Origin: Squalus acanthias | Taxonomy: Eukaryota | Direction: 5' to 3' | NCBI GenBank assembly: GCA_030390025.1 | Contig: JASTWF010000277.1 | Coordinates: forward strand, 186,001 to 250,000 | DNA length: 64,000 bases | In this document: positions 38,770 through 50,100 of the stretch, in pieces | Numbering within the stretch: position 1 is the stretch's first letter | Layout: every line of letters starts with the position of its first letter | Notes under the pieces: model-generated | Seen by the model: the letters and a program-made list of their open reading frames with translations, nothing else | Databases searched by the model: none | What the model was told of the DNA's origin: nothing | Made by a program: the position numbers and the translations under genes

Positions 38770-39240
38770 AAGGTGCATGTTTACAGGTCTGGAAGATTAG
38801 TAAGGGCAACTGAACGTGTTCTGTTGGTTTAACTTACATGGTGCATGTTTATAGGCCTGTTGGACAATTAAGGGCGAGCGTTCGCCCCCTGATGGTTTAA
38901 GCTACATGGTGCATCTTAACAAGTCTGCAGTATGAGTAAGGGCGAGTGTGCGCCCCCTGGTGGTTTAATGTAGAAAGTGCATATAACCAGGTCTGTAGTT
39001 TGAGTAAGGGCGAGTGTGCGCCCCCTGGTGGTTTAATGTACACAATGCCACTTACCAGGTCTGTAGTGAGCGTAAGGGTGCGTGTGCGCACCCTGCTGGC
39101 TTAATGTACACAATGCATTTTACCAGGTCTGCAGTGAGGGTTGGGGTGAGTGTGCGCTCCTGGACTTAATGTGAACAATGCATTTTACCAGATCTGTAGT
39201 GTGAGTAAGCGCGAGTGTGCGCCCCTGGTGGTTTAATGTG
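38770..39240 (-). promoter_or_regulatory. 68-bp tandem repeat carrying CTCF core motifs (CCACCAGGGGGCGC on minus strand)
   Basis: Perfect GCGCCCCCTGGTGG at 38950-38963 and 39018-39031; variants at 38883, 39086, 39154 and 39219. Confidence 0.7.
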
Positions 39241-41199
39241 GAATGTGCGGTGCTGTTTCATGCAACTTCGAGTTTCAGATCGTGAATTAAATCTTTATAA
39301 AACAGTTGAGGGACCATTACATATTTTACACAGAAATAATTATTTTCCGAAGAGTAATTCTAAAAGCCAATAATTTATTCGACAGTTTGAAGGAATGACT
39401 AACGTGGTTACAGAGTGACGGGGATAACTTTATTAACCTCTGCCCCATTGCAATGAATTTGATGAACTTTCATCTTTTCTCACTTTATAGACTATTTTTA
39501 GGGTCTTGGTAAAAATCTTCAATGTTTATAACACAGGGAACTCAGTGAGAAACTGTTCAGTTTAACAGGGTCCGGGCTGTCTGAAGACTAACAGACAACC
39601 AGTTACACAAGGCCCTGGTTGGGAATCCGGGGAATGTAAGTCTCTGCTAGAAACAGAAGCATCGTGTCGGAAACAAAGTTCAAGTGCCCGCAGAAACAGA
39701 GACTTGCAATGGAAATAAAACTGCCCAGAGTGTAGCGCTCACACATCTGTTTGTTACACCTACACGTTAAAGACTCAAAGCTCTGCACAACTCTGTCGCA
39801 GTAATATCTTGATTCCTAGGAATAGGCAGTAATGCGCTGTCTAAGGCGGCCATCGCTGCTATCCGCCGTCGCCTCGCTCACTCTGGGAACCTGGGAGCAG
39901 CGAAAAATTGATTCGCAAAAATCTGTTTAGAGTTTAGAGTTTGCACATAATTTTACAAAGAAAGAGACATTTTACAGGTGTTTTGATGTATTGCATTATA
40001 TTAATAGTTAGATACAAACTTTAATTATTACTAAAGGGCACTGGGGGAGGGCGCATACAGACGCAAGAATAATTTATTGAGGACACTGCACGTTTATCCT
40101 CCTCTCCGTTCACAGACAAAGACACTGTGGGTTCGGGATCAAGGTGGGGGAATCAGGCACTGTTTGGATGAGGTGCTGTGAACTGTGAAAATTGGGTTTG
40201 ACTGACAGGCCAGGGTTATATGAGGGGAGGCAGAACGAGTGGTCTCTCTATCTGCTCCTCGGTTGTGCTGTGAAGGAAATAGCCATATTCCAAGAAATAC
40301 ATGATCCTATAAACAAATTTGATAATATTAAAACATGACAAACTGGGGTTAAAAATCTAAAAGCCTCAACGACACAAGTCATAAAACAGAAATAAAGGCT
40401 TCTGAGATAAAGATCAGTTGTTAACAAAGTTGCAATGGGAAATGTTTATAAATACAAAGACATGGCCCTATTGAAACAGCAGGCTGGAGGGTCCTCTATG
40501 TCTGAACATTGGAACCAACACAATGGAATGACGGAAGTAAAGTGACAAAATCTAACACGTCGAACAGGTGCACACAACATTAAAAAATCAAGTGCCTTTG
40601 AAAAAATGACCAAGTAAAAGAAATACCTGTCGTTAAATAGTTTTATGTTAAAATTAGAACAAGGAGACATGATTCTTAATATAACCAAGTGAAATAACTA
40701 AGAAATGTAAAGAACACCCTAGATGAAGTGTTTTTGAATTACAAATTGTAAAAATTACCTACAGAGAGACTTTGTAGCTATTACATCAGTAGACGACCCC
40801 AAGCAATTACATTGTTTATGTGTTAAACTTGGAACGCAAAGAGACAGGAGTCTGTGTTACAAACAGCAGACGTGATTTAGAAATTCAATCGAAAGACTTC
40901 CTAAGAATGGCATCAAATAGATAAATCGATAATAAACATAAAAATGATAAGTTATTGAAACACCTAAAGGTAGAGACACAATCTGTTTGCAACAGTTGAA
41001 ACGAAAGTAAGAATAGAAAACAATTCAATAGTGTATCACAAGAGACAATTAGCTTACATTAAGAGAATACTTCAAAGACAATAACACTAAAAAGAGTATA
41101 AAAATAAGAGCTTTTCAGATGAAAAGTCAGAAGTCGCTGGATGGGCAAGCGTTTACAGAAAGTTGACAGAATCCCCACAGTGCAGATAGAGGCCATTTC

Positions 41200-44100
41200 G
41201 GTGGTGCAGTGGGTTATCAATTGCCCTTTCCCCTCTCTCTGGTGGGGGAGAGTGGGTACAGTGGGTTAACAATTGCCCTTTCCCCTCTCTTTGGTGGGGG
41301 AGTGCGGGTACAGTGGCTTAACAACTGCCCTTTCCCGTCTCTCTGATGGGGGAGTGGGTGTACAGTGGGTTAACAATGGCCCTTTCCTCTCTTTCATTTG
41401 GGGAGTGGGGTTACAGTGGGTTATCAATTGCACTTTCCCCTCTCTTTGTTGGGAGAGTGGGGGTACAGTGGGTTAACAATTGCCCCTTCATCTCTCTCTG
41501 GTGGGGGAGTGGGGATACTGTGGGTTAACAATTGCCCTTTCCCCTCTCTTTGGTGGGGGAGTGGGGGTAGAGTGTGTTAACAACTGCCCTTTCCCCTCTC
41601 TCTGGTGGGAGAGTGGGGGTACAGTGGGTTAACAATTGCCCTTTCCCCTCTCTGTTGGAGAGTTGGTAAATAGTGGGTTAACAATTGTCCTTTCCCCTCT
41701 CTCTGGCGGGGGAGTGTGGGTACAGTGGATTAACAATTGTCCTTTCCCCTCTCTCTGGTGGGGGTGTGGGGGTACAGTGAGTTAACACTTGCCCTTTCCT
41801 CTCTCTGTTGGAGAGTGGGGGTACAGTGAGTTAACAATAGCCCTTTCCCTTCTCTGTTGGGGAGTGGGGCTCCAGTGCTTTAACAATTCTCCTTTCCTCT
41901 CTCTCTGTTGGGAAGTGGGGGTACAGTGGGTTAACAAATGTCCTTTCCTCACTCTCTGGTGGGGGAGTGGGGGTACAGTGAATTAACACTTGCTCTCTCC
42001 CCTCGTTCTGGTGGGGACTGGGGTTACAGTGAGTTATCAATTACCCTCTACTCTCTCTGTTGGTGAGTGGGGGTACAGTGGGTTAACAATTGCCCTTTCC
42101 CCTCTCTCTGTGGGGGAGTGGGGGGTACAGTGGGTTAACAACTGCCCTTTCCCCTCTCTCTGGTGGGGGAGTGGGGGTACAGTGGGTTAACAATTGTCCT
42201 TTCCCCTCTCTCTGGTGGGAGAGTGGGGGTACAGTGGGTTAACAATTGCCCTTTCCCCTCTCTCTGTGGGGGAGTGGGGTACAGTGTTTGGACTTTTGCC
42301 GTTTTCTCTCTCTCTGGTGTGGGAGTGGGAGGTTAATTGGGTTAACTATTGCCCTTTTAATTCTCTGGTGCGGGAGTGGGGGTACAGTGGGTTAACACTT
42401 GCTCTCTCACCTCTTTCTGTTGGGGGTGTGTGGGTAAAGTTGGTTAATAATTGCCCTTTCCCCTCTCATTGGTGTGGGAGTGGGGGTGCAGTTGTTTAAA
42501 TTGTCCTTTCCTCTCTTTCTGGTGGGGAGTGGTGGTACACTGAGTCAGCAATTGCCCTTTCCCCTCTATCTGGTGGGCGTTGGGGTTACAGTGAGTTAAC
42601 AATTGTTGTTTCCACTCAATCTGGTGGGGGCGTGGGGTTACAGTGAGTTAACAATTGCCATTTCCCCTCTCTCTGGTAGGGGAGTGGGAGTACAGTGGGT
42701 TAACAATTGCATTGCACCCTCTCTCTGGTGGAGAGTGGGGGTACAGTTGGTTAACATTTGCACTTTCCTCTCTCTGTTGGGGATTGGGGGTACAGTGGGT
42801 TAACAATGGCCCTTTCCTCTCTTTCTGGTGGGGGATTGGGGGGTACAGTGGATTAACAATTGCCCTTTCCCCTCTCTCTGGTGGGGGATTGGGGGGTACA
42901 GTGGGTTAACAATTGCCCTTTCCCCTCTCTCTGGTGGGGGAGTGAGGGTACAGTTGGTTAACAACTGCCCTTTCCCCTCACTCTGGTGGGGGAGCGGAGG
43001 TACAGTGAGTTAACAATTGCCCTTTCCCCTCCCTGTTGGGGAGTGGGGGTACAGTGGTTAACAATTGTTCTTTACTCTCTCTCATGTGTGGAAGTGGGGT
43101 TACAGTGGGTTAGCAATTGCCCTATCCCCTATCTCTGCTGGGGGAGTGCGGGCGCATTGCGTTAACAATTGCCCATTCCTCACTCTCTGGTGGGGGCGTG
43201 GGGGTACAGTTGGTTAACACTTGCTCTCTCCCCTCTTTCTGGTGGCGAGTGGGGGTACAGTGAGTTATCAATTACCCTCTACTCTCTCTGTTGGTGAGTG
43301 GGGGTACAGTGGGTTAACAATTGCCCTTTCCCCTCTCTCTGGTGGGAGTTGTAGTACAGCGGGTTAACAATTGCCCTTGCCTCTCTCTCTGGTGGGGGAG
43401 TGGGGGTACAGCGGGTTAACAATTGCCCTTTCTCCACTCTCTGTTGGTGGATTGTGGGGTACAGTACGTTAACAATTGTCCTTTCCTGTCTCTCTGATGG
43501 GTGAGTGGGGATACAGTGGGTTAACAATTGTCCTTCCCCGTCTCTCTGAGGGGGAGTGGGGTACAGTGTTTGAACATTTGCCCTTTTCTCTCTCTCAGGT
43601 GGGGGAGTGGGAGGTTAATTGGGTTAACTATTGCCCTTTTATCTCTCTGGTGGGGGAGTGGCGGTACAGTGGGTTAACACTTGCTCTCTCAACTATTTCT
43701 GCTGGGGGTGTGGGGTACAGTGGGTTAATAATTGCCATTTCCCCTGTCATTGGTGTGGGAGTGGGGGTAAAGTGGGTTAAAAAATAACCTTTCCCCTCTC
43801 TCTGGTGGGGGAGTGGGAGTACAATTGGTTAACAATTGCCCATTCCCCTCTTTCTGGTTGGGGAGTGGGGGTACAGTAGGTTAACAATTGTCCTTTCCTC
43901 TCTCTGTTGGGGAGTGGGGGTGCAGTGAGTTAACAATTGCCCTTTCCCCTCTATCTGTTGGGGGCGTGGTGTTACAGTGGTTTAAAATTTCCCTTTCCTC
44001 TCTCTCTGGTGGGGGAGTGGGGGTACAGTGGGTTAACAATTGCCCTTTCCTCTCTCTGATGGGGGTGTGGGGGGTACAGTGGGTTAACAATTGCCCGTTC

Positions 44101-47100
44101 ACCTCTCTCTGATGGGGGAGTGGGGGCACAGTGGGTTAACAATTGCCCTTTCACCTCTCTCTGATGGGGGAGTGGGGGTACAGCCGGTTAATAATTGCCC
44201 TTTCCTCTCTCTCAGGTGGGGGATTGTGGGTGCAGTGGTTTAACAATTGCCCTTTCCTCTCTCTCTGCTGGGGGAGTGGAGGTACAGTGGGTTAACAATT
44301 GCCCTTTCACCTATCTCTGCTGGGGGAGTGGGGGTGCATCGGGTTAACTAATGCCCATTCCTCACTCTCTGTTGGGGGCGTGGGTGTACAGTGGGTTAAC
44401 ACTTGCTCTCTCCCCCCTTTCTGGTGGGGGATTGTGGGTACAGTGGGTTAACAATTGTCCTTTCCTCTCTCTCTGGTGGGGGAGTGGCGGTACAGCGAGT
44501 TAACAAATGCCCTTTCCCCTCTCTCTGGTGCGGGAATGGGGTACAATGTTTGAACTATTGCCCTTTCATCTCTCTATGGTGGATAAGTGGGGATACAGTG
44601 TGTTAAAACTTGCTCTCTAACATCATTCTGGCGGGGGAGTGGGTGTACAATTGGTTAACAATTGCCCTTTCCCCTCTCTCTGTTGGGGGAGTGGGGTTAC
44701 AGTGAGTTAACTATTGCCCTTTCCCCTCTCTCTGGTGGGGGAGTGGGGTTACAGTGAGTTAACAATTGTTCTTTCCCCTCTCTCTGGTGGGGGAGTGGGG
44801 GTACAGTGAGTTAACAATTGTTCTTTCCCCTCTCTCTGGTGGGGGTGTGGGGGTACAGTGAGTTAAAAATTGTCCTTTCCCCTCTCTCTGGTGGGGGTGT
44901 GGTGGTACAGTGAGTTAACAATTGTCCTTTCACCTCTCTCTGTTGATGGAGTGGGGGTACAGTGGGTTAACAATGCTCCTTTCCTCTCTCTCTCTGGTTG
45001 GGGAGTGGGGTACAGTGGGTTAACATTTGCCCTTTCCCCTCTCTGAGGTGGGGGAGTGGGGGTACAGTGGTTTAACAATTGCCCTTTCCTCTCTTTCTGG
45101 TTGGGGAGTGGGGTACAGTGGGTTAACAATTGCCCTTTCCCCTCTCTCAGGTGGGGGAGTGGGGGTACAGTGTGTTAACAATTGTCCTTTCCCCTCTCTC
45201 TGGTGGGGTGTTGTTGGTAGAGTGGGTTAACAATTGTTCTTTACTCTCTCTCATGTGTGGAAGTGGGGGTACAGTGGGTTAACAATTGCCTATTCCTCAC
45301 TCTCTGGTGGGGGTGTGGGGGTAAAGTTGGTTAACACTTGCTCTCTCCCCTCTTTCTGGTGGGGAGTGGGTGTACAGTGAGTTATCAATTACCCTCTACT
45401 CTCTCTGTTGGTGAGTGGGGGTACAGTGGGTTTACAATTGCCCTTTCCTCTCTCTCTGGTGGGGGAGGGGGGGTACAGCGGGTTAACAATTGCCCTTTCC
45501 TCTCTCTCTGGTAGGGGAGTGGGGGTACAGTGGGTTAACAATTGACCTTTCCTGTCTCTCTGATGGGTAAGTGTGGATACAGTGGGTTAACAATTGTCCT
45601 TCCCCGTCTCTCTGTGGGGGAGTGGGGTACAGTGTTTGAACTTTTGCCCTTTTCTCTCTCTCTGGTGGGGGAGTTGGAGGTTAATTGGGATAACTATTGC
45701 CCTTTTATCTCTCTGGTGGGGGAGTGGCGGTACAGTGGGTTAACACTTGCTCTCTCAACTCTTTCTGCTGGGGGTGTGGGGGTACAGTGGGTTAATAATT
45801 GCCCTTTCCCCTGTCATTGGTGGGGGAGTGGGGGTAAGGTGGGTTAACAATTGCCCTTTCCCCTCTCTCTGGTGGGGGAGTGGGGGTACAATTGGTTAAC
45901 AATTGTCCTTTCCCCTCTTTCTGGTTGGGGAGTGGGGGTACAGTAGGTTAACAATTGTCCTTTCCTCTCTCTGTTTGGGAGTGGGGGTACAGTGAGTTAA
46001 CAATTATTCTTTCCTCTCTATCTGTTGGGGGCGTGGGGTTACAGTGAGTTAACTATTGCCCTTTCCCCTCTCTCTGGTAGGGGAGTGGGGGTACAGAGGG
46101 TTAAAAATTGCCCTGCTCCCTCTCTCTGTTGGGGAGTGGGGTACAGTGGGTTAACAATTGCCCTTTCCCTCTATCTGGCGGGGCAGTGTGGGTACAGTGT
46201 GTTAACAATTGCCCTTTCCCTCTCTCTGGTGGGGGAGTACGGGTAAAGTGGGTTAACAATTTCCCTTTCCCGACTCTCTGGTTCGGGAGTGGGGTGTAAA
46301 GTGTGTTAACAATTGCCCTTTCCTCTCTCTCTGATGCGGAGTGGAGATACAGTTGGTTAACAATTGTCGTTTCCTCTCTCCCTGATGGTGGAGTGGGGTT
46401 ACAGTGGGTTAAAAATTACCCTTTCCTCTCTCTCATGTGGGGGAGTGGGGGTACAGTGTGTTAACAATTGCCCTTTCCTCTCTCTCTGATGGGGAGTGGA
46501 GATACAGTTGGTTAACAATTGTCGTTTCCTCTCTCCCTGATGGTGTAGTGGGGTTACAGCGGGTTAAAAATTACCCTTTCCCCTCTCTCTGGTGAGGGTG
46601 TGAGGGTACAGTGGGTTAACAATTGTGCTTTCCCCTCTCTCTGTTGGGGGAGTGGGGGCACAGTGGGTTAACAATCGTCCTTTCCGCTCTGTCACTTGGG
46701 GGATTGGGGGTACAGTAGGTTTACAATTGCCCTTTCCTCTCTCTCTGGTGAGGGAGTCAGGGTACAGTGGGTTAACAATGGTCCTTTCCCCTCTCTCTGG
46801 TGGGGGAGTCGGGGTACAGTGGGTTAACAATTGTCCTCTGCCCTCTCTCTGGTGGGGAGTGGGTGTAGATTTGTTTACAATTGCCATTTCACCTCTCTCT
46901 GTTGGTGGAGTGGGGCTACATTGGGTTAAGAACTGCCCTTTCCCCTCTCTCTGTTTGGGGTGTGGGTATAGAGTGTTTTAAAATTGTCCATTCCCCTCTC
47001 TGTGGTGGGGAGAGGGGGTAAATTGTGCTAACAATTGCCCTTTCCTCTCTCTCTGCTTCGGGAGTGGGGGTACAGTAAGTTAACAATTGCCCTTTCCCCT

Positions 47101-50100
47101 CTCTCTGGTTGCGAAAGTGGGTAAATTGTGCTAACAATTGCCCTTTCCTCTCTCTCTGGTTGGGGAGTGTGTGTGCAGTGTTTTAACAATTGTCCTTTCC
47201 CCTCTCTCTGGTGGGAAAGTGGGGGTATAGTGGGTTAACAGTTGCCCTTTCATCTCTCTCTGCTGGGAAAGTGGGGGTATAGTATTTTAACAATTGCCCT
47301 TTCCTCTCTTTCTGGTGGGGGAGTGTGGGTGCAGTGTGTTAACAATTGCCCTTTCCCCTCTCTCTGGTGGGGAGTGGGGGTACAGTGGGTTAACAATTGC
47401 CCTTTCCTCTCTCTCTGGTGTGGAAGTGGAGGGACAGTGGGTTAACAATTGCCCTTTCACCTATCTCTGCTGGGGGAGTGGGGGTGCATTGGGTTAACTA
47501 ATGCCCATTCCTCACTCTCTGGTGGGGGAGTGTGGGTACAGTGGGTTAACAATTGTCCTTTCCTCTCTCTCTGGTGGGGGAGTGGCGGTACAGTGGGGTA
47601 ACAAATGCCCTTTCCCCTCTCTCTGGTGCGGGAATGGGGTACAATGTTTTAACTATTGCCCTTTTTTCTCTCTATGGTGGGGGAGTGGGGATACAGTGGG
47701 TTAATACTTCCTCTCTAACCTCATTCTGGCGGGGGAGTGTGGGTAAAGTGGGTTAACAATGGTCCTTTCCTCTCTCTCTGATGGGGGAGTGTGGATAAAG
47801 TGGGTTAACAATTGCCCTTTCATCTCTTTCTGGTGGGTGAGTGTGGGTGCAGTGTGTTAACAATTGCCCTTTCCCCTCTCTCTGGTGGGAAAGTGGGGGT
47901 ATAGTGGGTTAACAGTTGCCCTTTCCTCTCTCTCTGGTGGGAAAGTGGGGGTATAGTGGTTTAACAATTGCCCTTTCCTCTCATTCTGGTGGGGGAGTGG
48001 AGGTACAGTGGGTTAACATTTACACTTTCCTCTCTCTGTTGGGGAGTGGGGTACAGTTGGTTAACAATTGCCCTTTCCTCTCTCTCTGGCCGGGGAGTAG
48101 GGGTACAGTGGGTTAACGATTTATTCTCTCCCCTCTTCCTGGTGGCGGAGTGGGGTACAGTGCGTTATCAATTGCCCTTTCCCCTCTCTCTGGTGGGGGA
48201 GTGAGGTACAATGGGTTATCAATTGCCCTTTCCCCTCTATCTGGTGGGGAGTTGGGGTACAGTGTGTTAACAACATCCCTTTCCCCTCTCTCTGGTGGGG
48301 GAGTGGGGGTACAGTGAGTTAACAATTGTCCTTTCCTCTCCCTCTGTTGGGGAGTGGGTGTACAGCGGGTTAACAATTGCCCTTTCCCCTCTCTCAGGTG
48401 GGGGAGTGGGGGTACAGTGGGTTAACAATTGTTGTTTCCTCTGTCTCTGGTGGGGGGCTGTGTGTACAGCGGGTTAAAAATTGTAATTTCCCCTCTCCCT
48501 GGTGGGGGAGTGGGGGTACACTGGGTTAACAATTGTCCTTTCCTCTCTCTCTAGTAAACAAGGGGAATTATGATGCCATTAGACGGGAACTGAGTAGGTC
48601 TGATTGGACAACGTTCCTGGGAGGACTGGAGGTAGATAAACAATGGCAAGCATTTAAAGATAGAATGACAAAATTGCAAAAATTGTTTATACCAATCTGG
48701 CATAAAAGGAAATCTAAAAAGGTGACTCAACCGTGGATAACAGGGGAAATTAGAGACAGCATAAAATCCAAAGATAGGGCGTATAAAATAGCCAAAAAAA
48801 GCGCCAGAGCGGAAGATTGGGAACAGTTTAAGATAGAGCAAAGGAGGACAAAGGGCTTAATCAAGAGGGGCAAAATAGCTTACGAAAGCAAGCTGGCGGA
48901 AAATATAAAAACTAACTCCAAAAGCTTTTATAAGTATATCAAGAGGAAAAGACTGGTGAAAACCAAAGTTGGTCCATTGCAGTCAGATACGGGGGAATAT
49001 ATAACGGGAAATAAGGAAATGGCAGACCAACTAAATGCATACTTTGGGTCAGTCTTTACGAAGGAAGACACAAAAAACCTCCCTGGGATATCGGGAAAAA
49101 TAGGGACATTGGCAAAGGAGGAACTGACGCAAATCAATATCTCTAAGGATATGGTGTTAAGGAAGCTAAAGGGAATGAAGGCGGACAAATCCCCAGGGCC
49201 TGATAACATGCATCCTAGGGTACTGATGGAGGTGGCCCTAGAGATAGCGGATGCACTAAGTATGATTTTTCAGAATTCATTAGACTCGGGAACAGTGCCC
49301 ATGGATTGGAGGGTAGCTAACGTTACCACACTATTCAAAAAGGGGGGTAGGGAAAAAGCAGGTAATTACAGACCTGTAAGCCTTACATCAGTTGTGGGCA
49401 AAATGCTGGAGTCCATCATTAAGGATGAAATAGCGGAGCACTTAGCAAATGGGGACAGGATAGGACAGAGTCAACATGGATTTACAAAGGGTAAATCGTG
49501 CTTGACTAATCTATTGGAATTTTTTGAGGGAGTAACTGGTAAAATAGATGGGGGAGAGCCAGTAGATGTGGTGTACCTGGACTTCCAAAAGGCCTTCGAT
49601 AAGGTCCCACATAAAAGATTAGCATGGAAAAGTGAAGCTCATGGGATAAAGGGGAAAGTATTGACGTGGATAGAGAACTGGCTGTCAGATAGAAAACAGA
49701 GAGTTGGAATAAACGGCTCATTTTCTGAATGGCAGGCAGTAACAAGTGGGGTACCACAGGGATCTGTCCTGGGTCCCCAGCTGTTCACAATTTACATTAA
49801 TGACCTGGATCAGGGAGTCGGATGCAGCATTTCCAAATTTGCAGACGACACTAAACTAGGAGGGGGGGTGGGCTCAGAGGAGGAGACCAGGAAGCTCCAG
49901 AGCGATTTGGACAGACTGGGTGATTGGGCGGATAAATGGCAGATGCACTATAATGTGGACAAGTGCGAAGTTATCCACCTTGGGTGCAGGAACGGGAGGG
50001 CAAATTATTATTTAAATGGCAATAAATTGGGAGAGGGGGAAGTACAGAGAGACCTGGGTGTTCTTGTACACCAGTCACTGAAGGCGAGCATGCAGGTGCA

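Noticed and set aside
39600-39900. Possible small minus-strand exons (AETYIPRIPNQGLV*, and a 9-nt exon near 39885)
   Set aside because: Only splice-like dinucleotides; no recognisable homology
40091-40150. CACTGTG with a weak nonamer 23 bp upstream as a J-segment RSS
   Set aside because: Nonamer matches only 5/9, there is no W/FGxG motif downstream, and it is on the wrong strand for the IgM exons
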